This document shows, piece by piece, positions 1-18,522 of a stretch of 64,000 bases of DNA. How positions within the stretch are numbered: position 1 is the stretch's first letter; each line of letters begins with the position of its first letter. The notes under the pieces were generated by a model. It made no database searches, had not been told where the DNA came from, and was given only the letters and a program-made list of their open reading frames with translations. The stretch is from Vulcanimicrobiota bacterium (GTDB taxonomy: Bacteria > Vulcanimicrobiota > Vulcanimicrobiia > Vulcanimicrobiales > Vulcanimicrobiaceae): contig CAWETW010000003.1 of the NCBI GenBank assembly GCA_963812155.1, positions 256,001 to 320,000 on the forward strand, read 5' to 3'. A program made the translations under genes and the position numbers.

Positions 1-3904
<3,904 letters not shown>

Positions 3905-3907
3905 ACG

Positions 3908-5504
3908 TTGTCGAGAACGCCGCTGATGCGCGCGTTGCGCCGCATCGCCGCCGGCCACGCGAAAACGCGCGGCGAGTTTTTGCGCGCTTCGGCGTTGACC
4001 GCGCTGGGCGCGGCCGTCGTACCGGGGTTCGTCGCCTGCGGCGGATCGCACGCGCGCGGACGCGAGCGCATCGTCATCGTCGGCGCCGGCATCGCCGGGC
4101 TGGTCACCGCGATGCGGCTGCGCGATGCCGGCATTGATGCGACGATCTACGAATCGTCGCTGCGCGTCGGCGGACGGATGCACTCGGAGCGCGCGTATTG
4201 GGCCGAGCATCAACACACCGAGTGGTGCGGCGCGATGGTGGATTCGCTGCACGTGAACATGCACAAGCTGGCGCGGCGCTTCGGGCTGGGCTTGCTCGAC
4301 ACGATTGCGGCGCGTCCGCCGCACGGGCGCGACACGTGCTATCTCGACGGCCATTACTATACGATGGCGCGAAGCCGACCGCGACTTCGCCCACATTTAT
4401 CCGGTGATGCAGGCGCAGCTCGGCAAGGTAAACGCCGAGACGACCTACGCCAATGCGACCGCCGAGGCCAAACGCATTGATGCGATGAGCATGCACGATT
4501 GGATCACGCGCTACGTTCCGGGCGGGGCGTCGTCGCGGCTCGGGCGTCTCATCGAAGTCGCGTATTGGAACGAGTACGGGCGCGGCCCCGAAGAGCTGAG
4601 CGCGCTCAATCTCGTCATACAGTTGGGCGGGCAGCGCCATTACGCCGAGAATCACGAGATGAACGTGCTGGGTTCGTCGGATCAGAAATACATCTTCGCT
4701 GCGGGGAGTCAGGCGCTGCCGGAAGCCATCGCTGCATCGTTGCCGCCCGGCAGCATTCTGCTCGGCAGAAGGTTACTCGCGATCGGGCGTCAGGCCAACG
4801 GCGTCTACATGCTCACGTTTTCTACCGGCGCCGCGACCGAGAAAGTGTACGCGGATCGCGTCGTGCTGGCGATTCCGTTCATAACGCTGCGCGGCGTGGA
4901 TTATTCGTCGGCCGGCTTCGACGCCGCCAAACGCCGGGCGATCGAGAATCTCGGCTACGGATACCATACGAAGCTGCACCTGCAGTTCGACCGGCGGGTG
5001 TGGATGCGCAAAGGCGCGTGGCCCGAACCGACGAGCGGGCAGATTTGGACGACGCTGCCGGCACAGAGCGCGCTCGATTTTTCACTCGGGCAAGCCGGGC
5101 GCGACGGGCTCATCGAGGTGTTCACCGCCGGGCCGGCCGCGATGATGGACACGCCGCCGATGCCGTACGCGCGCGTCGGCGATTCGCCCGCGGTGCTGCG
5201 TCACGTGCGTTCGTTCTTCCGGCAGCTCGACGACATCTGGCCGGGCGTTTCGCCGGCGTGGAACGGTAAGGCGACGTTCGGCAACGCGCAAGCCGATCCG
5301 AACATTCTCGCGAGTTACTCGTGCTGGCTCGTCGGCCAGTATACGACCATTGCGGGTCACGAATGGATTCCTCAAGGCCGCGTGCATTTCGCGGGCGAGC
5401 ATACGTCAATCGATAACCAGGGCTTCATGGAAGGCGGCGCCGAGACCGGTTTCCGCGCAGCCGGCGAAATCCTCGACGACTACCGCATCAAAGCCACGGG
5501 CTAA
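3908..5504 (+). CDS. Flavin monoamine oxidase family protein, probably exported; frameshift near 4368
   Basis: IVIVGAGIAGL FAD motif, RVGGRM, and C-terminal HFAGEHTS...QGFMEGGAETG. N-terminus has RGEFL, a hydrophobic stretch and FVAC. Confidence 0.8.
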
Positions 5505-5510
5505 CGTTTC

Positions 5511-7368
5511 TTGCCCATTGTTGGGACGGCCGGTCATGTCGATCACGGAAAATCGGCGCTCGTCGAAGCGCTGACCGGAACGCATCCCGACCGCTGGCTC
5601 GAGGAGCGCATGCGCGGCATGACGCTCGATTTAGGTTTCGCGCGTCTCGTCCTCGACGACGGCGTCGAAGCCGGCATCATCGACGTTCCCGGGCACGAGC
5701 GATTTCTGCACAACATGCTGGCGGGCGCGGCCGGCATGGAGTTGCTGCTGCTTGTCGTTGCCGCCGACGAAGGCGTGATGCCGCAGACGCGCGAGCATCT
5801 CGACGTGCTGCGATTTCTCAACGTCGCCGCAGACGATCGTCGTCGTGACGAAGATCGATCTCGTCGGCCAGGAAGATCGCGAAGCGGCGATCGAGCGCAT
5901 CGCGGACGCGTTGCGTGGCACCATTGCCGGCGGGGCGCCGCGCGTCGCGGTGTCGAGCCGCACCGGCGAAGGCCTGCCGGAGTTGCGAGCGCAGATTACC
6001 GAAGCGCTGCGCGCGCTGCCGCCGCGCGACGATGCGGCGCCGGTCTATCTTCCGATCGATCGCGTCTTCACGCTCCCAGGGCGCGGAACGATCGTCACGG
6101 GAACGCTCATGCAGGGCACGCTCGCGACCGGCGACGCGCTCACGCTCGAGCCCAGCGCAACGGCGGCGCGCGTACGGAGCCTGCACGTCTTCGGGGAAGG
6201 GCGCGAACGCGCCGTCGCCGGAACGCGCGTCGCGTTGAATCTTCCCGGCATCGACCGCACGGCAATTGGGCGCGGCGAGACGGCGGTAAGCGCCGAATTC
6301 TCGGCGCGCGCCGGCTTTGCGGTGACGTTCACGCCGCTTGAAACCGCGCTGCCGCTGCTGCGAAAACGCATGCCGGTGCGCGCGTACCTCGGATCGGCGG
6401 AGATATTAGGGATGCTCGAGTTCGAAAGCGTGCCGGATGAAGCGCGTGCCACATTTGCCCGGCTGCATCTGCGTTCGGGCGTGGTCGCATTTCCCGGTGT
6501 GCGTTTCGTCGTGCGCCGAATGTCACCCAAGACGCTGCTTGGCGGCGGCTCGATCGAGTCGCTCGCGGCCGCCATGTCACCCGCCCGTGCGACGCCCGCC
6601 GAAGCGACGGTAGCGGCGGCGCTGCGCGACGCTGGGTTCGCCGCGCTAGACGCCGGCGCGGTCGCCTACGCCGCCAACGTTCGCGAAAGCGTCGCCCGTG
6701 CCGCGCTCGAGCGGTTGGCACAGCGCGACGATGCGCTCGCAGTTCGGCGCCCGGACGCCTACGTCGACGGTGCGGTGGCGCACGAACTGCTCGCGAGCGC
6801 GCTTTCGCACCTCGAATCCGTGCAGCTCGTGCGGCCGTGGGCTCTCGGCATGACGTCGCTCTTACTTGCGCGTGAGTTGGGCGTCGACGAACCGCTCCTC
6901 GTGCGCGTGCTCGCAGCGCTCGTCGAAAACGGCCGCCTTGCGGGACGCGGCGGATACTACGCCACGCTCGACCATCATCCGCAGCTTTCGCCCGAGCAGC
7001 AGGCGCTCTTCGACGAACTCATTCCGCGCGATTCTCACTCGTTCGTTCCCGTACCGTTCGCCGGCGTCGTTTCCGGCGTGAAGCGCTCGAAAGTCGAGGG
7101 TGCACCGACCGCGCTCGACACGCTGCTCGCGCTCGGCGCGCTCGTGCGGGTCGGCGACGATTGCTATCGCGGATCGCAGATTGCAGCCGTCCGCTCCCGC
7201 GTCGAAACCTATCTTCGCGAGAGCGAACGTATGACGGCGGCACAGTTTCGCGACCTCATCGGCACGTCACGTAAGTATGCGCTGCCGCTCCTCGAGTGGC
7301 TCGACGCGCACGGCGTCACCGTCCGCGACGGCGACTACCGCACGCTCCGCACACGCCCGCTCCCGTAA
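5511..7368 (+). CDS. selB: Selenocysteine-specific translation elongation factor, frameshift near 5825
   Basis: [51 protein letters not shown], and C-terminal winged helix [15 protein letters not shown]. Confidence 0.92.
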
Positions 7369-7433
7369 TCCTGAGCGGAGCACAGCGTGTCATCCTGAGC
7401 GAAGCATCGCGCAGCGATGCGCAGTCGAAGGAC
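7365..7433 (+). repeat. REP-like palindromic repeat cluster 1 (two units)
   Basis: GTAATCCTGAGCGGAGC, then TGTCATCCTGAGCGAAGCATCGCGCAGCGATGCGCAGTCGAAGGAC. The same core occurs at 9495-9577 and 15279-15369. Confidence 0.8.
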
Positions 7434-7441
7434 CTTCGAGG

Positions 7442-8371
7442 TCAATGCGTGTGTCCAAAGATTGCCCCCTTAGCCGGCGTCCCGTTCTTCAGAGTAAACC
7501 ATGGCAACACGAAGTGCACGACGTTGTTTTTGACTGTACCGCCCAAAGACGCTATTTTGGGATCGATCCCGTCGATTTGCAACGTGTAGCGGACGCGTGA
7601 CGGCAACACGTAGGGAAACCAGATATCGAGCGTCGATCCGTCTGTAAAACTTATCCTCGGCGGTGGCGAAGCGATATCGTCCCGAGAGGAATAGTCCGCT
7701 GAGTCGATTGCAAGACTAAACGAGTAATACACCGATTCTTCATTGGAGGTCGCTTTTTGGTTGTTCACGGGTCGTCCACCGGAAAGCGCGAGATACGAGC
7801 AGTTGTAACACAGATCGTTATGAACAAACGTAGCTGCAAAACCCCCAGACGACGATCGGGTGTAGTTTGGGCTAGGATCGCAGAGCATGATAGCCGTCAG
7901 GCGCACCGGCGAAGGCAACCGGCGCGATACCTGTCCCGCCAACGTTCTGCTGACGTAGCCTCCGTCGAAGAGCTCAGCGGCTGAAGGCGGCGCATTCCGA
8001 CCCGTGCCGCATCCCGTTACGTCGTTCCCGGGCACTGTCATCTCGGTCCAGGATCCCTCGACTCCCGCAGCGGAGACTGTCGCGGCACGCCACCACCAGC
8101 GGCCCATATGGCGTCGCAGCGCGACGATGCCACGGTTCTTTCCAGCGTGCCACAGGGCGAGGGCATCCATTCCGTCGGTAACAACCCAGTCGGTCGCCGG
8201 CACTAGATGGTCATATTCGAGCCCTGCCGCCAGCAAAATCGGGAGATCGTGCCTTACCGATTTCACCGCTGCGGCAGGACCGTAATCAGCGGCCGGCGCC
8301 GCGATGGGACCGCTTGTTGCGACGACGAGTCCGAAGTATAGTGACGCGCGTACGAAACGAACGCGGGTCAT
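7442..8371 (-). CDS. Hypothetical secreted protein
   Basis: ATG at 8371 overlaps the upstream TGA. Signal peptide MTRVRFVRASLYFGLVVATSGPIAAPAA; visibly more AT-rich than its flanks. Confidence 0.6.
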   Translation of the reverse strand: MTRVRFVRASLYFGLVVATSGPIAAPAADYGPAAAVKSVRHDLPILLAAGLEYDHLVPATDWVVTDGMDALALWHAGKNRGIVALRRHMGRWWWRAATVSAAGVEGSWTEMTVPGNDVTGCGTGRNAPPSAAELFDGGYVSRTLAGQVSRRLPSPVRLTAIMLCDPSPNYTRSSSGGFAATFVHNDLCYNCSYLALSGGRPVNNQKATSNEESVYYSFSLAIDSADYSSRDDIASPPPRISFTDGSTLDIWFPYVLPSRVRYTLQIDGIDPKIASLGGTVKNNVVHFVLPWFTLKNGTPAKGAIFGHTH

Positions 8372-9462
8372 CACCGATGCAGCAGTGTGGCGACGCCGAC
8401 TACTAGTTCGAGGGCGATGAGCACGATGATGACGATCTCGAGAAACTCGTCGCGGCGGCTGCGCGCCTGGTCGTTGAGGAAACGGTAGATGTCGCCGATC
8501 GACGCAAGCTTCGCGTCGACTTGGCGCTGCCAATCCTCGAGGCGGAGACGCCGCGCGGCGGCACGGTAGATGCGCGCATAATACGCGTCGCCGACAACTT
8601 TGAGCGCATTGCTGGAGCGGTCGAGCAGTTCCAGCACGTCGACGATGAGATAGCGCACCGATTCCGCCTGTTCGGTTTCCCGCCGGCCGAGCGGAGAGCG
8701 CGCCGGCTTCTCGGAACCGATTCGATAGATGCCGTCGAGCTCGCGGTCGAGCAGGGCGTCGTAGGTTCGCAGTTCGAGGAGCTGCGTGTTTGCGAATTCG
8801 AGAATGTCCTCGATCGCTCCGGCGCTTTCCGCCCGATCGTAGACGAAGGCCGTATCCCACTGCACGATCGTGAGGTCGTCATCGTAATAAGAAAACCGCG
8901 TTCGCAGCGCCTCCTCCGCTTCGGACGTCGACAGCGGACGGCGCTCCCCGTGCATCAGGCTCGCGAGCGCACCAGCGTGCTTCGCTAGCAGCGTCGTTGC
9001 ATCGACGTTTTCGGCGAAGCGCTCGATTTCGATGATGAAGTAGTCCTCGACGAGGGCCGGATGGCGCTTGTCGAGCGCGCGAGCGCGCTCGTCGCAGAAG
9101 CGCTCGACGGTCGCCGTTGCAAATGCGGCGATTTGCTCGCCGGTGCGAACGCGGTCGGCGACGAGGGTCAGTTCATCCCAGGTGCCGCGCGCGTCGAACG
9201 TCAGCCGTAAGGACATGACGCCGTAATCGTAGGCTTTCAGGCGCACCGAGCACTCGAGTCCGTCGATCGTCGCATCGGGCAGGGCTTCGATCACCGGCGG
9301 CAGCGGAAATTGCAGGTACGCAGGCGACGTCTGCGAGCCGGCTGGAAGTTGCGACGCGCCGCGGCTTATCGCGCCGAGGCCCCCCGCGTTCGTGAGGTCG
9401 ATCGTGTCGGCGACGTCGAATAAATAGTACGCGCGTACCGATCCCGATGCGATGTCCAGCAT
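8371..9462 (-). CDS. Hypothetical protein, RMD1/DUF155-like, with C-terminal transmembrane helix
   Basis: MLDIASGSVRAYYLFDVADTIDL..., ILEFANTQLLELRTYDALLD, KVVGDAYYARIY, and C-terminal LEIVIIVLIALELV. Confidence 0.65.
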   Translation of the reverse strand: MLDIASGSVRAYYLFDVADTIDLTNAGGLGAISRGASQLPAGSQTSPAYLQFPLPPVIEALPDATIDGLECSVRLKAYDYGVMSLRLTFDARGTWDELTLVADRVRTGEQIAAFATATVERFCDERARALDKRHPALVEDYFIIEIERFAENVDATTLLAKHAGALASLMHGERRPLSTSEAEEALRTRFSYYDDDLTIVQWDTAFVYDRAESAGAIEDILEFANTQLLELRTYDALLDRELDGIYRIGSEKPARSPLGRRETEQAESVRYLIVDVLELLDRSSNALKVVGDAYYARIYRAAARRLRLEDWQRQVDAKLASIGDIYRFLNDQARSRRDEFLEIVIIVLIALELVVGVATLLHR

Positions 9463-9494
9463 ATGGGTTCGTGCTTGCCCTTTACGTTCAACTC

Positions 9495-9577
9495 GTCCTT
9501 CGACTGCGCACCGCTGCGTGGTGCTGTGCTCAGGATGACACAGGGTGCGTGCTGCGCTCGGGATGACACAGGGTGCG
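9495..9577 (-). repeat. REP-like palindromic repeat cluster 2 (two units)
   Basis: Minus strand reads TGTCATCCCGAGCGCAGC and TGTCATCCTGAGCACAGCACCACGCAGCGGTGCGCAGTCGAAGGAC. Confidence 0.8.
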
Positions 9578-9633
9578 CGATGCTCCGCTCGCGATTGACG
9601 TCGGCGGGGAAGGAGACGCGCGAGCGCGATGGT

Positions 9634-12600
9634 ATGCGTAGGATGATGAGCCTGTTGCGTAAAGCCGGTTGCACCGTTGCGTTGCTGGGTGCGGCGTTTT
9701 TCACGTGCGCTCCCGCGTTCGCGCAGACGGCTCCGAGCGGCATCGGCTCGCTGCAGTATCGTTCGATCGGGCCGGCAATTTCCGGCGGCCGTACGACGGC
9801 GGTCGTGGGAAGCGATCGCGACCCTCTCCTCTACTACGCCGGCGGTGCCGACGGCGGCATTTTTAAGAGCGTCGACGGCGGTGCGTCGTGGGTGCCGATC
9901 TTCGACCGCCAATCGTCGGCGGCAATCGGCGCGATCGCCATTGCGCCGAACGATCCGAACGACGTCTGGGCCGGTACCGGTGAATCGAATCCGCGCAACG
10001 ACGTCGAGAGCGGCGACGGCATCTACCATTCGACCGACGGCGGAAAGACGTGGACGCACGCCGGGCTCGCCGATGCCGGGTCGATTTCCAGCATCTCGAT
10101 CGATCCGCGCGACGCGCGCACGATCGTCGTGGGCGTTCTTGGAAACGTTTTCGCCGACGGACCGACGCGGGGCGTCTACGTGACGCACGACCGCGGCGCG
10201 CATTGGACGCGCGCGCTCTACGCCGGACCGTCGAGCGGCATCTCCGATATGGTGCGCGTTCCGGACCATCCGGCGACGCTCTTTGCCGGCATGTACCAAG
10301 TACGCCGGCGCCCGTGGATGTTGACGAGCGGCGGCCCTAACGGCGGCATCTACCGTTCCGACGACGGCGGCACGACGTGGCGCAAAGTCGAGAACCACGG
10401 ACTTCCGAGCGGTCTCACCGGGCGCATCGGGCTCGCTGCCGCGCGCGGCGGACGCATCTACGCCATCGTACAGTCGAAGCACGGCGACTTATGGCGTTCC
10501 GAAGACGGCGGCGCATCGTGGAAGCTCATGCCGCACGGTCCGTACGTCGGCGCGCGTCCGTTTTATTTCAGCCGCATTTTCGTCGATCCGGCCAACCGCG
10601 ACCGCGTCATCTGCGTCGGTCTGATCCTCACGCTCAGCACCGACGGCGGCAAGACGTTCAAGCCGATTTCAACCAATGCCGGCTGGGATTACCACGTTGC
10701 GTGGTGGTCGCGCGACGGCCGGCGGATCGCCGTCGGGACCGATGAAGGCGCCATTTTTTCAGGCGACGCGGCGGCGCATTTCTGGCAGCCGTACGATCTT
10801 CCGTTTTCGCAAGCCTACCACGTCGGATACGGCAGCACGGCACCGGACTACGCCGTATGCATCGGTTTGCAGGACAACAACTCGTGGTGCGGAGTGTCGG
10901 CGGCAAACAACGGCATCGGCGTGATTAACCGCGATTGGTACGTCGTCGGACCGGGCGACGGCATGTGGGCGCTGGTCGATCCCAACGATTCCGACTACGT
11001 GTGGACGACCTCAACGAACAACGACACCGGACAAGTGTATCTTTGGAATCGCCGCACGCAGCAAGCCTACGAAGTGTCGCCCTACGCGCGCACCAACGCG
11101 GAAGCGCCCGCGATATTAAAATACCGATTCAATTGGGACACGCCGATTGCGTTCACCACCGGCCCTGGGCCGGCTGCCGTGCTCGCCGGCGGCAACGTCG
11201 TATTCGAAAGTGTGGACCGCGGACAGGATTGGCGCACGCTCAGTCCCGACCTCACGCGCAACGAGCCCTCGCACCAGTCGGCATCGGGTGGTCCGATCGA
11301 CCTGGACGTTTCCGGCGCGGAGACGTCGGACACGATTCTCGACATAGAAACGACCGCACTCGACCCGATGACGATTTGGGTCGGCACCGACGACGGCTTG
11401 GTGCAGGTGACGCGCAGCCACGGCTCGAGTTGGTCGAACGTTACGCCGGCCGGCGCGCCGCAGTGGTGCCGCGTTTCGACCGTCGAGCCGGGACACTTCA
11501 ACGTTGCGACTGCGTACGCGGTCGAAGACTGCCATCTCGTCGGCGACAATCATCCGCACGTCTATCTCACCGACGACGGCGGTGCCAGCTGGCGGTCGAT
11601 CGCCTCGAATCTGCCGTCGAACTTCTTCGTACGTTCGGTGCGTGAAGACCGGCACGATCGCAACCTGCTGTTTGCCGGAACGCAGCGCGGCGTCTTCGTT
11701 TCGTTCGATCGCGGCGCGAGTTGGCAATCGCTGAGGCTGAACATGCCGGCATCGGCGGTGTACGATCTCGAGACCGTGCCTCAAACCGACGATCTGCTCG
11801 TCGCGTCGCACGGACGCGGCGTCTGGATTCTCGACGACCTTGGCGCCTTGCGCGGGCTGCCGGCGGCACGCGCCTCCGCAACCGCTACGATGTTCGCGCC
11901 GCGAACGGCGTACCTCATGTGGCAGTGGGCGCCGATCAACTCGTTCGAAGGCGGCACGCTGCCCGATAACGAGTTCGTCGGCGAAAATCCCGACTACGGC
12001 GCGCTGATCAGTTACTATTTGCCGAAGCCGGCGGCGCGGCACCCCGCGATCGACGTCGTCGACGGAAGCGGCCGCGTCGTTCGCCACTTGAGCGGTGACG
12101 ACGTCCCGAACGAAGCGGGCATCAATCGCACGAGTTGGGATTTGGCTGAGGATGGTCCCGAACAATGGCACGGTACGTATAAGGAAAATCAGGGGCCGGA
12201 AGAGGGTCCGTCCGTCGTTCCTTACCATCACTTCACGCTGCGATTGCACGTAGACGGCGCAACGGTGGAGCAGACGGTGGAAGTGCTGCCCGATCCGCGC
12301 GAGAAGCCGTTTCCGGCGACGTCATACGTCGAGCGGCATAACGTCCTGACTGCCATATACGAAGAACTCGGCAGCGTGAATCATATGCTCAACGAGATCG
12401 ACGCGCGTCTCAAACACGCCGGCCCGCGCCAGACCGCGGCATTGCGAGCGTTCCGCGCAAAGCTGACGTACAACCCGCGCAACGTCGAAGATCTCGGTGC
12501 GCCGCAGGGGTTGCGCGAGCGGCTGTTCGACGCGCTATCGCGCGCCGGATCGTCGTTCCAAGCGCCGACCGGGGCCCAGCAGGCCGAAAACTCCAATCTG

Positions 12601-12648
12601 CACGAGCTCTTCGTGCAACTCTCCGCCGAATTCGCCCAGTTGCATTAG
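9634..12648 (+). CDS. Secreted BNR/Asp-box (VPS10/sortilin-like) glycosyl-hydrolase-type beta-propeller protein
   Basis: Signal peptide, [12 protein letters not shown], repeated S-x-D-G-G-x-(S/T)-W Asp-boxes, [16 protein letters not shown]. Confidence 0.8.
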   Translation: MRRMMSLLRKAGCTVALLGAAFFTCAPAFAQTAPSGIGSLQYRSIGPAISGGRTTAVVGSDRDPLLYYAGGADGGIFKSVDGGASWVPIFDRQSSAAIGAIAIAPNDPNDVWAGTGESNPRNDVESGDGIYHSTDGGKTWTHAGLADAGSISSISIDPRDARTIVVGVLGNVFADGPTRGVYVTHDRGAHWTRALYAGPSSGISDMVRVPDHPATLFAGMYQVRRRPWMLTSGGPNGGIYRSDDGGTTWRKVENHGLPSGLTGRIGLAAARGGRIYAIVQSKHGDLWRSEDGGASWKLMPHGPYVGARPFYFSRIFVDPANRDRVICVGLILTLSTDGGKTFKPISTNAGWDYHVAWWSRDGRRIAVGTDEGAIFSGDAAAHFWQPYDLPFSQAYHVGYGSTAPDYAVCIGLQDNNSWCGVSAANNGIGVINRDWYVVGPGDGMWALVDPNDSDYVWTTSTNNDTGQVYLWNRRTQQAYEVSPYARTNAEAPAILKYRFNWDTPIAFTTGPGPAAVLAGGNVVFESVDRGQDWRTLSPDLTRNEPSHQSASGGPIDLDVSGAETSDTILDIETTALDPMTIWVGTDDGLVQVTRSHGSSWSNVTPAGAPQWCRVSTVEPGHFNVATAYAVEDCHLVGDNHPHVYLTDDGGASWRSIASNLPSNFFVRSVREDRHDRNLLFAGTQRGVFVSFDRGASWQSLRLNMPASAVYDLETVPQTDDLLVASHGRGVWILDDLGALRGLPAARASATATMFAPRTAYLMWQWAPINSFEGGTLPDNEFVGENPDYGALISYYLPKPAARHPAIDVVDGSGRVVRHLSGDDVPNEAGINRTSWDLAEDGPEQWHGTYKENQGPEEGPSVVPYHHFTLRLHVDGATVEQTVEVLPDPREKPFPATSYVERHNVLTAIYEELGSVNHMLNEIDARLKHAGPRQTAALRAFRAKLTYNPRNVEDLGAPQGLRERLFDALSRAGSSFQAPTGAQQAENSNLHELFVQLSAEFAQLH

Positions 12649-12667
12649 GCGCTATGATGGTAAGGCC

Positions 12668-15278
<2,611 letters not shown>

Positions 15279-15303
<25 letters not shown>

Positions 15304-15369
15304 CGCCGCAGTCGAAGGACGGCTCCTGCCCTGTCATCCTGAGCGAGCGCGCGGCTCCCTTAGGATGAC
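15279..15369. repeat. REP-like palindromic repeat cluster 3, between convergent clpB and typA
   Basis: TGTCATCCTGAGCGGAGGCGCGTAGCGCCGCAGTCGAAGGAC, then TGTCATCCTGAGCG...AGGATGAC (inverted pair). Confidence 0.8.
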
Positions 15370-17195
15370 TCGGCGCGGGCGGCGGCGCGTTTGCGAGCTT
15401 TGAGGCGTTCGCCCTCGTCGAGGGTTCGTTTGCGGATGCGAATCGATTTCGGCGTCACTTCGACGAGTTCGTCGTCGTCGATGAACTCGATCGCGCGCTC
15501 GAGCGAGAGGTCGTCGGGCGGCGCGAGCCTGATGTTGTCGTCGGAGCCGGCGGCACGCATGTTGGTGAGTTTCTTTTCGCGGACGACGTTGATCGCGACG
15601 TCTTTGTCGTCGTTGGCGCGTCCGACGACCATGCCTTCGTAGACTTCGACGCCTGGCCCGACGAAGAAGTCGCCGCGCTGCTCGAGGCCCATCAGCGCGT
15701 AGCCGGTGGTCCGGCCGGTGTCGCTGGCGACGAGTGCGCCGACCCCGCGGCCCGGCAACTCGCCCTGCCACTCCTGATGGTCGTAGTACGTGTGCGACAT
15801 CACGGCATTGCCGCGCGTGAGGGTGAGCAACTCGCCGCGCAGTCCGAATATTGCACGCGTCGGCATCGTGTATTCGAGACGGCGGCTTTCGGCGACGTCG
15901 AACATGTTCGACATCACGGCTTTGCGCCGCCCAAGCGATTCGATGACGGCGCCGGCATACTCGGCCGGCACGTCGACGACGACGTACTCCACCGGCTCCC
16001 AACGCTTGCCGTCGCGTTCGGTGACGATCACTTGCGGTTTGGAAACCGCGAGCTCGTAGCCTTCGCGGCGCATCGTTTCGATGAGAATCGAGAGATGGAG
16101 TTCGCCGCGTCCGCGCACTTCGAACGTGTCGGCCGAGTCGGTGTCGGCGACGCGCAGAGCGACGTTGGATTCGAGTTCGCGCATGAGGCGCTCGCGGATC
16201 TGACGCGACGTGAGAAACTTGCCCTCGCGTCCGGCAAACGGCGAGTTGTTGACGCTGAACGACATCGAGACGGTCGGTTCGTCGACTGCGACCGCGTGAA
16301 TTCCCTCGGGTTCGTTCGCATCGGCAATCGTGTCGCCGATGTTGAGATCTTCGATGCCCGACACGCAGACGATGTCGCCGGCCGACGCTTCGTCGACCTC
16401 GATGCGTTCCAGCCCGGCAAACGTCAGCAGCGTCGTGAGGCGCAGCCCGGTGACGACGGTGCCGTCTCGCGCGACCTTGGCGATCGGCGCGTTCGGACGC
16501 GACGATCCGCGAAAGATGCGGCCGATGCCGATGCGGCCGACGTACCGGTTGTGGTCGATCGCGGAGATCAGCAGCTGAAACGTGCCTTCCTCGGCCGGCG
16601 CCTCGGGCACGCGCGTGACGATCGTTTCGAAAAGCGGCTCGAGCGAGTCGCCCTCGTCGTCGAGCGACCGCAGCGCGATGCCGGCCTTGGCGTTGGTGAA
16701 GATCACCGGAAAATCGGCCTGTTCGTCGTTCGCGCCTAGTTCGATGAAGAGATCGAACGTTTCGTTGACCACTTCGCGCGGGCGCGCGTCGCGGCGGTCG
16801 ATTTTGTTGACGACGACGATGGCTTTGAGATCGAGCTCGAGCGCTTTGCGCAGCACGAAACGCGTCTGCGGCATCACGCCTTCAGCCGCGTCGACGAGCA
16901 GCAGCACGCCTTGCACCATCTGCAGCACGCGTTCGACCTCGCCGCCGAAATCGGCATGCCCCGGCGTGTCGACGATGTTGAATTTAACGGCACCGTGCTG
17001 CACGGCCGTGTTTTTGGCGAGAATCGTGATGCCGCGCTCTCGCTCGAGCGGATTGGAATCGAGCACCCGCGTCGCGACCTGCTGCCCCTCGCGGAAAACG
17101 CCGCTCTGACGCAGCATTGCGTCGACCAGCGTCGTTTTGCCGTGGTCGACGTGAGCGATGATGGCGACGTTGCGGAGGTCGGGACGAGTTTTCAC
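15360..17195 (-). CDS. typA: Translational GTPase TypA/BipA
   Basis: [74 protein letters not shown]. Confidence 0.95.
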   Translation of the reverse strand: MKTRPDLRNVAIIAHVDHGKTTLVDAMLRQSGVFREGQQVATRVLDSNPLERERGITILAKNTAVQHGAVKFNIVDTPGHADFGGEVERVLQMVQGVLLLVDAAEGVMPQTRFVLRKALELDLKAIVVVNKIDRRDARPREVVNETFDLFIELGANDEQADFPVIFTNAKAGIALRSLDDEGDSLEPLFETIVTRVPEAPAEEGTFQLLISAIDHNRYVGRIGIGRIFRGSSRPNAPIAKVARDGTVVTGLRLTTLLTFAGLERIEVDEASAGDIVCVSGIEDLNIGDTIADANEPEGIHAVAVDEPTVSMSFSVNNSPFAGREGKFLTSRQIRERLMRELESNVALRVADTDSADTFEVRGRGELHLSILIETMRREGYELAVSKPQVIVTERDGKRWEPVEYVVVDVPAEYAGAVIESLGRRKAVMSNMFDVAESRRLEYTMPTRAIFGLRGELLTLTRGNAVMSHTYYDHQEWQGELPGRGVGALVASDTGRTTGYALMGLEQRGDFFVGPGVEVYEGMVVGRANDDKDVAINVVREKKLTNMRAAGSDDNIRLAPPDDLSLERAIEFIDDDELVEVTPKSIRIRKRTLDEGERLKARKRAAARAESS

Positions 17196-17319
17196 GAATT
17201 GCGTCCTTCGCGTGCCGCGGCGTGGGGAACCTTTGGTCGGGCCGCGAGGAGGGCGACCGCGGTGCGGCCAAAGTGGGCGGCTCGCAACGCGCAAAGGTTA
17301 GCAACGTTAAGGAGACACT

Positions 17320-17739
17320 ATGGCGAATCAACTCGAGCCGTATCTATTTTTCGACGGCAAATGCGAAGAGGCGCTCAACTTCTACAAGGGGATCTTGGGT
17401 GGCGAGATCGAGGGGCTGAGCCGTTGGAGCGAGATGCCCGCCGATGCGGGCGGCCCGCCCGTGACCCCCGAAACCGCCCAACGGGTCATGCACGCGAATT
17501 TCAAGTCCGGCGCGGTCGAATTTATGGCATCCGACGCGAGCCCGGGCAAGAAATATGCAGAAGGCCCGATCTCGCTCTCGCTAGCGGTGGACGACCTCGC
17601 CGAGGCCCAGCGTATTTTCGACGCATTGGGTGAAGGCGGCAACGTCGAGATGGCAATGCAGGATACGTTTTGGGGTGCGAAATTCGGCATGTTGACCGAC
17701 AAGTACGGAATCGATTGGATGGTCAGCTGCAGAACGTGA
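17320..17739 (+). CDS. VOC family protein (PhnB/YjdN-like)
   Basis: PYLFFDGKCEEALNFY, VMHA, FMASD, TFWGAKFGMLTDKYGIDWMV; AAGGAG RBS. Confidence 0.88.
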   Translation: MANQLEPYLFFDGKCEEALNFYKGILGGEIEGLSRWSEMPADAGGPPVTPETAQRVMHANFKSGAVEFMASDASPGKKYAEGPISLSLAVDDLAEAQRIFDALGEGGNVEMAMQDTFWGAKFGMLTDKYGIDWMVSCRT

Positions 17740-17791
17740 CGGGAGGGTAAGGTCGCCGAGAAGGGACCTGCCGTACCGGGATACAAGGGAG

Positions 17792-17832
17792 CGCACGCCG
17801 CCGGATTTTCCGGATGGCGTGCGTCATTTTTT
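17792..17832 (+). terminator. Probable intrinsic terminator
   Basis: CGCACGCC-G-CCGGA TTT TCCGG-AT-GGCGTGCG hairpin followed by TCATTTTTTT. Confidence 0.6.
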
Positions 17833-17854
17833 TCCAATAAGGAGTTTTCAAGAG

Positions 17855-18238
17855 ATGAAACTATCGGCTATCGTTGCCGCGGCGGTTATCGCCGGCAGCG
17901 CGTTGGGCTTTAGCGCCACCAAGGCCGTTGCCATGACGTCGGGCCAAATGACGGAGATGCAGCAACTCGCCGTGACGGCGCATACGGCGCAGGCGGCAAT
18001 CCAGGCGTCGCCCACCGACTATAAGGCGATGCAAACGGCGATCGCGATGCACAGCGCAAGTTCGGCGCGCACGGTTTTAATGAAGCACGGTTTTAGCGCC
18101 GCTCAATTGGAAGCCGGCGTCATCATGTTCAGCCACGCGATGCTGCCGAAGAAAGTGCAGCCGCATCAGTTTTACTATATGGAGATCGATCCGCAGCCGT
18201 TCAAACTTTCGGTGCACGCGCTGCCGTCGCAGCAGTAG
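17855..18238 (+). CDS. Hypothetical secreted protein (Met/His-rich)
   Basis: AAGGAG RBS; signal peptide MKLSAIVAAAVIAGSALGFSATKAVA. Confidence 0.65.
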   Translation: MKLSAIVAAAVIAGSALGFSATKAVAMTSGQMTEMQQLAVTAHTAQAAIQASPTDYKAMQTAIAMHSASSARTVLMKHGFSAAQLEAGVIMFSHAMLPKKVQPHQFYYMEIDPQPFKLSVHALPSQQ

Positions 18239-18253
18239 CCGGAGGGTTTCGCA

Positions 18254-18418
18254 CTAGGGGCAGATTCTCGACCGGTCGACCTTCCAGGTTTTTGAATCGA
18301 TCGTCAATCTGACGTAGTGATCGCCGGCGAACACTTCGCATTGACCGTTGCTCGCCGATGAGCGCGCCGGCGCGCGGAGCGTGGGTGCCACGGCGGAGCT
18401 CATCGAGAGCATTTTCAT
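18254..18418 (-). CDS. Small hypothetical protein (54 aa)
   Basis: AAGAGGAG RBS 7 nt before the ATG; MKMLSMSSAV...CEVFAGDHYVRLTIDSKTWKVDRSRICP fills an intergenic gap. Confidence 0.5.
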   Translation of the reverse strand: MKMLSMSSAVAPTLRAPARSSASNGQCEVFAGDHYVRLTIDSKTWKVDRSRICP

Positions 18419-18522
18419 GGCGGCGCTCCTCTTGTCCTTAAAAACGCCCGAGCGTGCGCTTCTGTTACAAGGAATTCCTGCGCCGGCCTCCGATGAACCA
18501 GGTCCAGAAAGGAATCGCGCAC

